The notes beneath the pieces were generated by a model. That model was not told the DNA's origin. It saw only the letters and a program-made list of their open reading frames with translations, and made no database searches. 64,000 bases of DNA from Candidatus Tayloriibacteriota bacterium (lineage in GTDB: Bacteria > Patescibacteriota > Minisyncoccia > Phycocordibacterales > UBA6065), in contig JACRJQ010000007.1 of the NCBI GenBank assembly GCA_016215405.1, positions 71,297 through 135,296 on the forward strand, read 5' to 3'. Every line of letters begins with the position of its first letter. Positions within the stretch are counted from its first letter, which is position 1. Below, in pieces: positions 47,938 to 57,649 of this stretch. The translations under genes and the position numbers were made by a program.

Positions 47938-49599
47938 ATGAAGAAAGCATTTCAGATAAGCATAGCGGGCACCCTGTTCTCCATCGAGGAGGACGCCTAT
48001 CAGCGCCTCGACGGCTATATATCGCAGGTAAAGAGGCACTTCGCGCAGACCGCAGGATCGGAAGAGATCGTCCGAGACATAGAGGCGAGGATCGCCGAAC
48101 AGCTCCTCGACGCGAAGAGGGCCGTCGTCTCGATCATGGAAGTAGACGCGGTCATCGCCACGATGGGCAAAGTCGAGGACTTCGAAGACGGTATCGGGGA
48201 CGAAGCATCCCCCGAGGCCGAATCGAAGCAGAAGAAGCTCTATAGGGATTCCGACGACAGGGTCATAGCGGGCGTCTGCTCCGGCCTCGCGCGCTATTTC
48301 GGGACGGACCCTCTCTGGGTGCGCATCGCCTTCGTCGTCCTCATGTTCGTCCTCAACGGGTTCCCTCTATTCGCCTATATCGTCTTGTGGATAGTCATGC
48401 CCGAAGCGAAGACGGCCGCGCAGAAGCTCGAGATGTCGGGAAGCCCGGTCAACCTCGAGACCTTAAGCGAGAACATAAAGGAGAAGGTCGATAAAGCAAG
48501 CCAAAGGCACGGCTCGACCATACGGCGCATCCTCTCCGCGCCCTTCATCGCCCTTAAGGCGATAGCGACGTTCGTCCGCAAGGCCCTATTCCCTCTCGTG
48601 CGCATAGCGTTCGGCCTCGCTCTCGGCGTCATGACCCTCGGCGCCATCCTCGCGAGCTCGTTCGGAGCGCCGTTCTTCCTTACCTCTCCGGAGAGGCTCG
48701 CGGATTTCCCTATAACAGAGGCAATCCCGCTCGCCGCCCTCTACGCCGCGGTCATGAGCGCCTACTTCGTCGTCGTGATACCGGCAGCGCTCCTCTTCGC
48801 CTTCGCGCTCTACGTGCTCCGAAAGAAGACCGTCCTAAGCGGAGGCGCTATCGCCGGATTCCTGGGGCTCTGGCTCGTATCGATAGTCAGCCTCGGCGCG
48901 TCGGCGGCCGTCTCTGTCGCGTCATACGAGAGCTATACGAGGACGAGCCCCCTCTTCGAGATCGAGACGCGCGACATAGCGATCGAAGGCCCTCTCACCG
49001 GCCTTTACGCCTCCTTCGGGCAGAAGGTGACTATCGTCCGAGGCGACGAGGTGTCCCTCACGGCCACAGGCAGGAGGAAGGACCTCGATTCGGTGAGCGC
49101 GGAGAACAGGGACGGCGTCCTCTCGGTCTCGCAAGGGCGAAAGAAGGACTCGTGCCTATTCTGCGACGCGAGGAATCCCGACCTCGTCCTCACGGTCCCA
49201 AGCCTCTCGTCCATAAAGGCGGGGCACGGATCGGCCGTCGAGTCGGAGTCGCTCTGGAAGTCTGACGGGCGCTTCGAGATCGAACTCCTCTTTGGATCGA
49301 AAGTTGATATGAAGATAGAGGCCGACAGCGTGGTCGCGAAGGCCGAGCACGGATCGCGCCTCAAGCTCGAAGGGACCGCGAAGACGGCGAGCTTCGAAGC
49401 GCTCTTCGGGAGCACCATAGACGCTCTCGGCCTTATAGCAGATGACGTCTCGGCCCGGACGGAATTCGGAGCGAGTATAACCGCCTCGGCGTCGAAGACC
49501 CTCGACGCGCGGGCATCGAACGGCGGCATCATCCGATACGACGGCGACCCGACGATCGAAAAGGGTGAAGACTTCGGAGGAGAGATAGACAAGATCTAA
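47938..49599 (+). CDS. PspC domain-containing membrane protein with a C-terminal beta-rich extracellular domain
   Basis: YRDSDDRVIAGVCSGLARYFGTDPLWVRIAFVV PspC motif; 4 TM; follows PadR (common pairing). Confidence 0.75.
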   Translation: MKKAFQISIAGTLFSIEEDAYQRLDGYISQVKRHFAQTAGSEEIVRDIEARIAEQLLDAKRAVVSIMEVDAVIATMGKVEDFEDGIGDEASPEAESKQKKLYRDSDDRVIAGVCSGLARYFGTDPLWVRIAFVVLMFVLNGFPLFAYIVLWIVMPEAKTAAQKLEMSGSPVNLETLSENIKEKVDKASQRHGSTIRRILSAPFIALKAIATFVRKALFPLVRIAFGLALGVMTLGAILASSFGAPFFLTSPERLADFPITEAIPLAALYAAVMSAYFVVVIPAALLFAFALYVLRKKTVLSGGAIAGFLGLWLVSIVSLGASAAVSVASYESYTRTSPLFEIETRDIAIEGPLTGLYASFGQKVTIVRGDEVSLTATGRRKDLDSVSAENRDGVLSVSQGRKKDSCLFCDARNPDLVLTVPSLSSIKAGHGSAVESESLWKSDGRFEIELLFGSKVDMKIEADSVVAKAEHGSRLKLEGTAKTASFEALFGSTIDALGLIADDVSARTEFGASITASASKTLDARASNGGIIRYDGDPTIEKGEDFGGEIDKI

Positions 49600-49602
49600 T
49601 GA

Positions 49603-49632
49603 AAAGCCGTCAGCCTCTGGCTGACGGCTTTT
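49603..49632 (+). terminator. intrinsic terminator after the PspC-domain gene
   Basis: gaaaagccgtcagcc-tctg-gctgacggcttttc perfect hairpin plus T-run. Confidence 0.6.
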
Positions 49633-49661
49633 CATTTGACTTAGGCCGTCTGGTCCTTACT

Positions 49662-50126
49662 ATGGAAGGCGACATGCAAAAACAACCACCACTGCCGCTC
49701 CCCCCGTTCTTCAAACGAACCGATATCGAAACGCTCAAAACGCTCCGCAGCGAGGCCGCCGGATTCCTCCGATGGGCAGAGAAGCGCGACATATTCATCA
49801 TCCAGGTCCTCATCGGGACGAAAAAGGTCCCGGCGATGACGTCGCTCCTCTTTATCCTCTATAAGTCTGGAGGAAAGCCTATGCTCCTCGTGCACAAGTC
49901 GCCGCCAAAGCTCGTCCGGGACGTCTCGACCTGGCTTCTCGCGAGCAAAGACGGGATCGACTGGCAAGACTCGGTCCAAGACCGCATCGAGGACTCGGCC
50001 GTATCGCTCTCCCGAAAGATGCGCATCCCCCAAAAGGAGCTCATCCTATCCTTCGAGATCGGCAAAAGGGCCGAGGTCGAGGACATCGTGAGCGAAGCAG
50101 GAGCCTTCATCATCAAGTTCCGCTGA
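49662..50126 (+). CDS. hypothetical protein
   Basis: The ORF-track start lies inside the terminator hairpin; reassigned to MEGDMQ; no family recognised. Confidence 0.4.
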   Translation: MEGDMQKQPPLPLPPFFKRTDIETLKTLRSEAAGFLRWAEKRDIFIIQVLIGTKKVPAMTSLLFILYKSGGKPMLLVHKSPPKLVRDVSTWLLASKDGIDWQDSVQDRIEDSAVSLSRKMRIPQKELILSFEIGKRAEVEDIVSEAGAFIIKFR

Positions 50127-50259
50127 CCGCCGCGAAGCATCCGCACACTAGCGCCCGCCGACATTCCGGCGGGCTTTCCTTATCCCGGCTAGATGCGAAC
50201 CATTTGCATTTAAAATCGCCTCCTGTATAGTAGGCGCCATACAAGCTAAGCGATACACC

Positions 50260-51069
50260 ATGCTCGCACTCGCCTTCATATCAGCGCTCGCTATCAGCCT
50301 CGCCTCCCTAGGCGGGGTCATCTTCGCCTCGAAGAGGCTATCGGGCTTCATGTCATACCGCCTCCCCTTCCTCGCCACGTTCTCGATAGGTATATTCGCC
50401 GTCATCACGTGGGGCCTTTTCGAAGAGGCCATCGGGCATGGAGAGGCTCTAGTCGTCGTCCTTTCGGTCATAGGAGGAGCGGTTCTCGTCAATCTGTTCT
50501 CCAAGCTCATCCCGGACGCGCATCACCATCACGACCCTGATACCGGACACGCCCACTCGAAGATCGACGCGAGAAGGCTCCTCTTGGGCGACGCCGTCCA
50601 CAACATAAGCGACGGCCTCCTACTCGTACCGGCGTTCCTCGCCGACGTAAAGCTCGGCATCGCGACCGCGGCAGGGATCTTCATCCACGAGCTGGTCTCC
50701 GAGGTCTCGGAATTCTTCATATTGAAAGAGGCCGGATATACGACGAGGCAAGCGCTCACCAGGAATTTCATCGCCTCCCTCACCATATTCATAGGCGTCG
50801 GGGTATCCGCCTCCCTAGCCTCGGTCGAAGCCCTCGAAGCGCCCCTCATCGGCCTTGCCGCCGGAGGGTTCCTCTATGTAATCCTGCGCGACCTCATGCC
50901 CCATACGGTCTCCTCGATCCGAGAGAAAGGCCACGGCGATAAGCACATCCAAGCCCTTATCCTCGGCATCCTCGTCATGCTCGGCATACAGACCGTCATC
51001 CCGCATTCCGAGGCGCATGAAGCAGACGTAGAATCGAACCGATATGAAACGACTCAAACCGTCCGATAG
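50260..51069 (+). CDS. ZIP family metal (zinc) transporter
   Basis: 269 aa; His-rich loop HHHHDPDTGHAHS; HNISDGLLLV and HELVSEVSEF metal-binding TM motifs. Confidence 0.85.
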   Translation: MLALAFISALAISLASLGGVIFASKRLSGFMSYRLPFLATFSIGIFAVITWGLFEEAIGHGEALVVVLSVIGGAVLVNLFSKLIPDAHHHHDPDTGHAHSKIDARRLLLGDAVHNISDGLLLVPAFLADVKLGIATAAGIFIHELVSEVSEFFILKEAGYTTRQALTRNFIASLTIFIGVGVSASLASVEALEAPLIGLAAGGFLYVILRDLMPHTVSSIREKGHGDKHIQALILGILVMLGIQTVIPHSEAHEADVESNRYETTQTVR

Positions 51070-51457
51070 ATACGCGGCCATCCTCCGCGAAAAGGGAGAG
51101 AAGGCCACAAAGGCGCGCATAGGGCTCCTTGTCGCCCTCGAGCGCGAGCGCTTTCCCATATCCATAAAGGAGCTCGGCACGAAGGTGAAGGCTCCGGATC
51201 CGAGCACTCTCTACAGGTCGCTTAAGGCTCTCGCGGAAAAGGGCCTCGTCCGAGAGATAATGACGGACAAAAAAGAGGCGCGCTACGAGATAGCGATAGG
51301 ACGCGCCCACCACCATCACGTGGTATGCACTTCCTGCGGGCTCATGAAAGACGTACGGGTCTGTCCCGAAAAGGCGATCGCGCCCGCCTCCCTCGGATTC
51401 TCGAAGATAACAGGGCATACCCTCGAATTCTTCGGGATATGCAAAAGCTGCGCCTAA
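51044..51457 (+). CDS. Fur family transcriptional regulator (likely Zur)
   Basis: Winged helix plus HHHHVVCTSCG...CKSC metal sites; overlaps the ZIP gene end. Confidence 0.8.
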   Translation: MKRLKPSDRYAAILREKGEKATKARIGLLVALERERFPISIKELGTKVKAPDPSTLYRSLKALAEKGLVREIMTDKKEARYEIAIGRAHHHHVVCTSCGLMKDVRVCPEKAIAPASLGFSKITGHTLEFFGICKSCA

Positions 51458-51472
51458 TCGTACTATAGACGC

Positions 51473-52627
51473 ATGAAGACATTCATCATATCCGCGCTCG
51501 CGCTCGCCTCGATCGCCCTGCCCACTTACGGACAGGAATTCGTCGAGGACACCCACGAGACAATAAAGGCGCGCGTCGTCGAGGTGCTCTATCAAGGCAC
51601 CGAAGAGATAGCCGGCACCGATAGCAGCCACACCGTGCAGACCGTCGCCGCGGAGCTCTTGTCGGGAAGCGATAAGGGCGAGAGGATCGAGATACGAAAC
51701 GACTATGTGATGCTCGACGAAGGCGATACGTTCTATCTGACCCGCACCGTGCCGTGGGACGGCGGAGAGCCCCAGTACATGGTCTCTGAGCCGAACAGGC
51801 TCCCTTTCCTCGCGTTCCTTGGAATACTCTTCGTGGCGCTCACCGTCCTATTCGGCGGCAAACAGGGCATCCGGGGCCTCGCCTCTCTCGCGGCGAGCCT
51901 ATTCCTCATCGCTTTCGTCCTTTTGCCTGGGATCATGAAGGGCTACTCTCCCGTCGCGGTCTCGATCGGCGTATCGGCGCTTATCATCGTCCTCGGCTCG
52001 TACGTGACGCACGGGTTCAACAAGACGACCACAGCGGCGGTCATGGGCATGATCGCGACCATCCTCCTTATCGGATTCTTCGCCCATTGGTCCATAGGCG
52101 CCGCACGGCTCACCGGCATGAGCGAGGAAGAGGCCGTCTACCTAAGCTTCAACTCGGCGGGCACGCTCGACCTCGCAGGGCTCCTCCTCGGCGGAATGCT
52201 CATCGGCCTTCTCGGCGTCCTGTATGATGCGGCCATAAGCCAGGCTATCGCCGTCGAGGAGCTCCACAGGGTTGCTCCCCACCTCTCGCGAAAGTCCATA
52301 TATAAGAGGGCTACGAGGATAGGCCGCGAGCACATAGGAGCGCTCGTCGACACCCTCGCCATCGCCTACGTCGGCGTCTCCTTGCCCTTGCTCCTCCTTT
52401 TCTATTCTTCCGCCTTCGAGCCGGCGCACATCATAATGAACCGCGAGATATTCGCCTCCGAGATCGTCCGAGCCATCGTAGGCTCCATCGGCCTCATCCT
52501 CACCGTCCCTCTTACCACCCTCATATCGACCTGGATGCTCATAAAACGCTCCGGTCACGCCGATCCCGCCACCCTCGCCAAAGAAGAGGAATCCCTAAAG
52601 CACGCAGGACACCATCACCATCACTAG
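51473..52627 (+). CDS. YibE/F-like polytopic membrane protein with a C-terminal His-tail
   Basis: 384 aa; signal peptide, extracytoplasmic N-domain, about 8 TM; ends GHHHHH. Confidence 0.5.
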   Translation: MKTFIISALALASIALPTYGQEFVEDTHETIKARVVEVLYQGTEEIAGTDSSHTVQTVAAELLSGSDKGERIEIRNDYVMLDEGDTFYLTRTVPWDGGEPQYMVSEPNRLPFLAFLGILFVALTVLFGGKQGIRGLASLAASLFLIAFVLLPGIMKGYSPVAVSIGVSALIIVLGSYVTHGFNKTTTAAVMGMIATILLIGFFAHWSIGAARLTGMSEEEAVYLSFNSAGTLDLAGLLLGGMLIGLLGVLYDAAISQAIAVEELHRVAPHLSRKSIYKRATRIGREHIGALVDTLAIAYVGVSLPLLLLFYSSAFEPAHIIMNREIFASEIVRAIVGSIGLILTVPLTTLISTWMLIKRSGHADPATLAKEEESLKHAGHHHHH

Positions 52628-52714
52628 GGCTTTTTTCTTCTTACCCTCCGCCGAGTCTTCGAAGGCGAGTTCCGCAGCCAAGAGAGCGCGGATCGACCAA
52701 AAGAAAAGATCCTT

Positions 52715-53116
52715 CTATTTTTTCTCCTCCAGATCGAGGCACACCGAATTCATACAATACCTCTTCCCCGTCTCGGTCGGCCCGTCGTCGAAGACGTGCC
52801 CGAGATGCGAGCCGCAGCGCGCGCAGACGGTCTCGACCCTCTTCATGCCGTGAGCATCGTCGGCCACCTCCCGCACCGCTCCCGGGAGCGCTTCGTCGAA
52901 GGACGGCCAGCCCGTACCCGAATCGAATTTCGCATCGGACGAGAAGAGAGGGTTCCCGCACGCCCTACACGCATATGTGCCGTTCGCATCCGAATGGAGA
53001 AGCTTTCCGGAGAAAGGCGCTTCGGTTCCCTTTTGTCTCAGCACCCGATACGCTTCGGGCGATAGCTCCTTCTTCCACTCTTCCTCGCTTTTCGGTATCT
53101 GTCTTTTTATATCCAT
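52715..53116 (-). CDS. msrB: peptide-methionine (R)-S-oxide reductase MsrB
   Basis: CxxC...CxxC zinc site and catalytic RCGSHLGHVF motif. Confidence 0.9.
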   Translation of the reverse strand: MDIKRQIPKSEEEWKKELSPEAYRVLRQKGTEAPFSGKLLHSDANGTYACRACGNPLFSSDAKFDSGTGWPSFDEALPGAVREVADDAHGMKRVETVCARCGSHLGHVFDDGPTETGKRYCMNSVCLDLEEKK

Positions 53117-53127
53117 ATCCTAGAGGC

Positions 53128-53673
53128 TTATGCCTGTTGCGCCTTTAAAAGAGAGTAAAAGCTCTGCTCGACTTTTTTAAGCTTGGGATTGATGACGACC
53201 TCGCAATACTGGTTATCCGGATTGCGGCCATAGTAGTCCCTGTGGTAATCCTCCGCCTCGTAGAACGCCCCGAGAGGCTCTACCGAGGTGACGATGGGCT
53301 CTCCCGAAGGGCTCGAATCGTTCAAACCGCGTATAAAGCTCAAGGCCTCCTCCTGTTGCTCTGGCGTCGTATAGAAGATCGCCGACCGATACTGCGGCCC
53401 TACGTCGCTTCCCTGCCGGTCCTTTGTCGTCGGGTCATGAGTGCCGAAGAATACGGTGAGAAGGTCGGAGAACGAGACGAATTTCGGGTCGAATTCTATC
53501 TTCACCGCTTCGGCATGGCCCGTCCTGCCAGAGGAGACCTCTTCGTAGGTGGGATCCTCCTTCGTTCCCCCTGTATATCCAGGAACCACAGAGGAGACGC
53601 CCTTAAGCAGTTTGAAAACCGCTTCGGTGCACCAGAAGCATCCTCCCGCAAAGACGGCGATCTCTCTTTTCAT
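53128..53673 (-). CDS. msrA: peptide-methionine (S)-S-oxide reductase MsrA
   Basis: AVFAGGCFWCTEAVF catalytic motif. Confidence 0.9.
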   Translation of the reverse strand: MKREIAVFAGGCFWCTEAVFKLLKGVSSVVPGYTGGTKEDPTYEEVSSGRTGHAEAVKIEFDPKFVSFSDLLTVFFGTHDPTTKDRQGSDVGPQYRSAIFYTTPEQQEEALSFIRGLNDSSPSGEPIVTSVEPLGAFYEAEDYHRDYYGRNPDNQYCEVVINPKLKKVEQSFYSLLKAQQA

Positions 53674-53789
53674 ACTTATATTACGGCGTAGGAAATGATA
53701 ATGGACGCCTCTTTAGTATAGCCCGAATCCTTTGATTTTTAAGCGTAAAAATGCTTTAATCCTCATACATTAGCGTAATCTTAAAGACT

Positions 53790-54302
53790 TTGAGCAAAGA
53801 CAGGACACGAATAAACCACCAGATAAGGGCCGCAGAGGTGCGGGTCATCGGATCCGAAGGAGAGAACTATGGCGTCATGACCGTCTCGGCGGCCCTCGCC
53901 AAGGCTCACGAGGTAGGACTCGACCTTATCGAGATCTCCCCTAACGCGAATCCGCCTGTCACGAAGATCGCCGATTACGGGAAGTACTCGTACGAGGAGA
54001 ACAAGAAGCAGAAGGCCCAGAAGGCGAAGGCACACGTGATAGAGATCAAGACCCTCCAGGTCAAGATCGGCACGGGCGAGCACGACCTCGAGCTTAAGGC
54101 GAAGAAAGCCTCTGAATGGCTCAAGGAAGGCCATAGGATAAAGATCGACCTCTTCCTCCCGGGACGCTCCAAATACATGGATCCTAAATTCCTCCAAGAA
54201 AGGCTCGAGAGGCTCTTCACGTTCGTTACCGAAGACTTCAAAGTGGCCGAAAAGCCCCAGAAGAGCCCTAAGGGACTCACCACTATCATCGAAAAGGCCT
54301 AA
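53790..54302 (+). CDS. infC: translation initiation factor IF-3
   Basis: RINHQIRAAEVRVIG N-terminus; TTG start (a non-ATG start is typical of infC). Confidence 0.9.
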   Translation: MSKDRTRINHQIRAAEVRVIGSEGENYGVMTVSAALAKAHEVGLDLIEISPNANPPVTKIADYGKYSYEENKKQKAQKAKAHVIEIKTLQVKIGTGEHDLELKAKKASEWLKEGHRIKIDLFLPGRSKYMDPKFLQERLERLFTFVTEDFKVAEKPQKSPKGLTTIIEKA

Positions 54303-54376
54303 AGCCTTTACAAAACGGCCGAATCTGTTAGACTGCTTGGCAACAGCCTTCGGGCTCTTATTTTTTCCCTAAAGTC

Positions 54377-54565
54377 ATGAAAACTAATAAGTCTTTCGCA
54401 AAAAGGCTCAAAGTAACGAGGAACGGCAAGGTCCTCGCGAGGCGCCCTGGCCAGAACCACTTCAACTCGAAGGAATCGGGCCGCTCTCAGATAAAGAAGG
54501 GCACCACCACGGCTTTCCACATGACCCACAAGGAGAAGTCCCGATTCCTCTCAGGCCTCCGATAA
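54377..54565 (+). CDS. rpmI: 50S ribosomal protein L35
   Basis: 62 aa, basic, infC-rpmI-rplT order. Confidence 0.8.
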   Translation: MKTNKSFAKRLKVTRNGKVLARRPGQNHFNSKESGRSQIKKGTTTAFHMTHKEKSRFLSGLR

Positions 54566-54583
54566 TCTTTAACGAATAAACAC

Positions 54584-54928
54584 ATGGCACGAGTAAAAAA
54601 AGGAGTAAACGCGCTTAAGACCAGGAAGAATATCCTCAAGGCAGCAAAGGGCTTCAGGTTCCGCCGATCGACGAACGAGCGCGCAGCCTACGAAGCGCTC
54701 ATGCACGCAGGCGCATATGCGTTCGCCCACCGACGCGACAAGAAGGGCGACCGCCGAAACCTTTGGATCGTAAAGATCAACGCCGCTCTCGACGCGAAGG
54801 GCATCTCCTACTCGAAGTTCATGGGCCAGGTAAAGAAGATGGGCATCCAGGTAGACCGCAAGATCCTCGCGGACCTCGCAGAGAACAACCCAGAGACCTT
54901 CGACCGATTCGTCGCTCAGATCAAATAA
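54584..54928 (+). CDS. rplT: 50S ribosomal protein L20
   Basis: MARVKKGVNALKTRKNILKAAKGFR N-terminus. Confidence 0.9.
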   Translation: MARVKKGVNALKTRKNILKAAKGFRFRRSTNERAAYEALMHAGAYAFAHRRDKKGDRRNLWIVKINAALDAKGISYSKFMGQVKKMGIQVDRKILADLAENNPETFDRFVAQIK

Positions 54929-54930
54929 AC

Positions 54931-54958
54931 AAAAACCGCCATTCGGCGGTTTTTGTTT
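54931..54958. terminator. intrinsic terminator (bidirectional position)
   Basis: aaaaaccgcc-attc-ggcggtttttgtttt. Confidence 0.6.
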
Positions 54959-54962
54959 TCCG

Positions 54963-55274
54963 CTATACTAACTCGTAGACATCCAAGGCTATTTCTTCGT
55001 AAGGATGGACCTTTTTAATAGCCGAGATCACTTTCTCCTCGATCTCTTTATCACACGTAACCTCTATCCTCTCTTCCTCTACAGATTCAAGCGAGCCAAC
55101 TTTACCGATATGAGGATTCGCGCCTTCATCAGGCCTAAATCTGCCAATACCTCGTATAGAGAAGCTGCAGAAGGAATATTTGCCGAGTCTGCCTCCTCCT
55201 GCCGTGCCAATAGCCTCCCTTACAGTATCAGCATGAGACAAAGGGACATACACCACGATCTTTCTTTGCGCCAT
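54963..55274 (-). CDS. hypothetical protein (small alpha/beta protein)
   Basis: 103 aa; possibly a PII/Nif3-insert-like fold; no confident family. Confidence 0.4.
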   Translation of the reverse strand: MAQRKIVVYVPLSHADTVREAIGTAGGGRLGKYSFCSFSIRGIGRFRPDEGANPHIGKVGSLESVEEERIEVTCDKEIEEKVISAIKKVHPYEEIALDVYELV

Positions 55275-55276
55275 AT

Positions 55277-56641
55277 CTAAAGACTATACTCTTTGTTCTT
55301 CTCCGGAACAATCGCGTTAACGCCAAGCTCAGCGCGAAGGCGCTGGGCGAGGAACGACGACGATTTGGTCTCCCCCATCGCCACGAAACAGGTGGAGAGC
55401 TTGGGCTGGGCGTGAGATACGAACTCGACGAGGTTGTTCGAGTCCTTATGCGACGAGAAGCCGGATATCTTGTCTATGCGCGCGCGGATCTTCACGTAGG
55501 CGCCGTCTATCACTATCTTCGAAGCCCTCTCCTCTATGAGGCGGCCGAGAGATCCCGGCACCTGGTAGCCGACGAGGAGTATGGTCGCATTGGGATCCGA
55601 GAGGTAATTCCTCTCGTGATGGAGGACTCGTCCGCCCACCGACATGCCGGAGCCTGCGATTATGATCTTTGGCCCCTTTACCCTGATGATGCTCTCGGAC
55701 TCTTGATGGCTCGAGACGACGCGCAGGCCTGGAAAATCGAATATGTCGTCGCCTCCCCGTATCTCGCCTTTGACCTTATCGTTGAAATTCGACGTATGCG
55801 AGCGATAGACCTGCGTTATCTTTATCGCCAGGGGCGAGTCGAGGAATACAGGAACCTCCGGCAGGGTGCCCGATTCGATGAGGTTGTTTATGGCATAGAG
55901 GATGACCTGCGTCCGCTCCATGGAGAAAGCGGGGATGACGACGGTCCCTCCCCTCTTTACTGCGTTGACGAGCACGTCGCGGAGCTTCGCGTCCCGGACG
56001 TCCTTCGGCTCGTGATTCCGGTCGCCGTAGACCGACTCGATGACCATGTAATCGGCGTCCGTCACATATTCGGTATCGCGCAACAAAGGCGTCGGCGAAT
56101 TGCCGAGGTCTCCCGTAAAGGCAATCTTCTTCCCGGCCCCTTTAAGGGTAAGCTCGACGATAGCCGACCCGAGTATGTGCCCGGCGTCTCTCATGTACGC
56201 CGATACGTCTTTGGTGACCTCGAACGCCTCGTGATACGGATAGGTCCTCCACAAAAGGAGGGCTCGGGCTATGTCGTCGGGGCCGTACAGAGGGTCATGC
56301 CCGCTCTCGCGCGCCTCCCTCGCGAGGAGGGCCTGAGCGTCGTCGAGCATTATCGCCGCGAGCTCTTTGGTCTCGGCCGTCGAATGTATGGTCCCGCTGA
56401 AGCCTTCCTTCACGAGCTTGGGGATCCTGCCGATATGGTCCATATGGGCATGGGTTATGAAAAGATGGGACACCTTCGTCGGATCGTATGGAAAGGCCGA
56501 CCGGTTCTCGTCCATAGCGAAATGCGATCCCTGCACGAGGCCGCAGTCGACGAGGATGTCCGTCTCGGGCGTACGCAAAAGGAAATTCGCTCCGGTCGCG
56601 TTCGCTATGCCGCCGCAGCCTGTGAGGGTATATCCTTTCAT
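55277..56641 (-). CDS. MBL-fold beta-CASP family ribonuclease/metallo-hydrolase
   Basis: HAHMDH zinc motif, beta-CASP and C-terminal RMMBL-like region. Start reassigned to MKGYTL (the ORF-track extension is Arg-rich); ATGA overlap with the upstream gene. Confidence 0.7.
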   Translation of the reverse strand: MKGYTLTGCGGIANATGANFLLRTPETDILVDCGLVQGSHFAMDENRSAFPYDPTKVSHLFITHAHMDHIGRIPKLVKEGFSGTIHSTAETKELAAIMLDDAQALLAREARESGHDPLYGPDDIARALLLWRTYPYHEAFEVTKDVSAYMRDAGHILGSAIVELTLKGAGKKIAFTGDLGNSPTPLLRDTEYVTDADYMVIESVYGDRNHEPKDVRDAKLRDVLVNAVKRGGTVVIPAFSMERTQVILYAINNLIESGTLPEVPVFLDSPLAIKITQVYRSHTSNFNDKVKGEIRGGDDIFDFPGLRVVSSHQESESIIRVKGPKIIIAGSGMSVGGRVLHHERNYLSDPNATILLVGYQVPGSLGRLIEERASKIVIDGAYVKIRARIDKISGFSSHKDSNNLVEFVSHAQPKLSTCFVAMGETKSSSFLAQRLRAELGVNAIVPEKNKEYSL

Positions 56642-57030
56642 CTCTTTCCGATCGATCTCCTGTAGACCAAGAACACCGCGATCGCGCCGAGCGTGTCCAT
56701 CACGAGGTCGATAGAGGTGTCGAGGGGGTATTCGCTGTCCGTTACGAACGTGAAACCGAAAGCGATCTCGTAGAGCTCCCACGCGACTCCCACGGCTATG
56801 ACGCCGACGACGAGGCTCCGCAGGGTCGTAAGCGAGAAGAGCCATGCGCCGAGGTTCGTTCGCGATACCCATAAGAGGAACAGGGCCGTCCAGACGCCGC
56901 CGAGGAAATGCATCATGACGTCATACCAGCCCAGAGTCCAGTAGAGCCCCTTATACGAAGCGACCCAGTGAAGAGCCGCGACAAGGACGAGAGAGGCGAA
57001 CGAGGGCGCGAAATAGCGGTTCCAGAACAT
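56638..57030 (-). CDS. hypothetical membrane protein
   Basis: About 130 aa, 4 TM; translationally coupled to the MBL gene. Confidence 0.45.
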   Translation of the reverse strand: MFWNRYFAPSFASLVLVAALHWVASYKGLYWTLGWYDVMMHFLGGVWTALFLLWVSRTNLGAWLFSLTTLRSLVVGVIAVGVAWELYEIAFGFTFVTDSEYPLDTSIDLVMDTLGAIAVFLVYRRSIGKR

Positions 57031-57649
57031 GGATAAAAGTATAGCATGGCGAGGCTCTCCTCCTTCCGATATCCGACCGAGACGGATCGAGACGAGGGAA
57101 CGCAAAGCCCGACGCTCTCGCGTCGGGCTTTCCGGGGGCTATTCGAAGATTGTCCCTAGTATTAACTAGGTGGGTGACCGCAGCCTTGAACCAAGGTTCG
57201 AGGCTATAGAGGCCTCCCTAAAAAAATGTTATAGAGTTAATCTTGCGAATAACCCATAGTCATTATATTCCTCTCTTCCCTCGCCGCAATCCCCAGGCTC
57301 GACTCTGAAACGGAAAAACAGAACGGTAAATAGATACGATGCTCCGCAGACAAAGTTTCATAGGAGACGAAAGCCGTCCGCCAGAGGCGGACGGCTTTAC
57401 CGGATTAGGGATCGGTCGGGCTTGGTGAGGCCTCTTCATAGAGAGGGACCTGGAGAGGAATCCGTCAGAACTCTGGGGCGCTCATCGGAACTCCTCTACG
57501 CGAAGGTCCTGATGAATGATATATGCCTGCGAGCTCGAGATGATCCTTAGATACAATTATACGCTCATTCCGTCAAGATTCAATGCTTTCGTGCATAACA
57601 TGTGCACAAAGCGTGCGCAGGGCGTGGATAACCCCTCGTTTTCTGGGGA

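Noticed and set aside
55412-56665. 417-aa plus-strand ORF
   Set aside because: Antisense to the MBL/beta-CASP gene.
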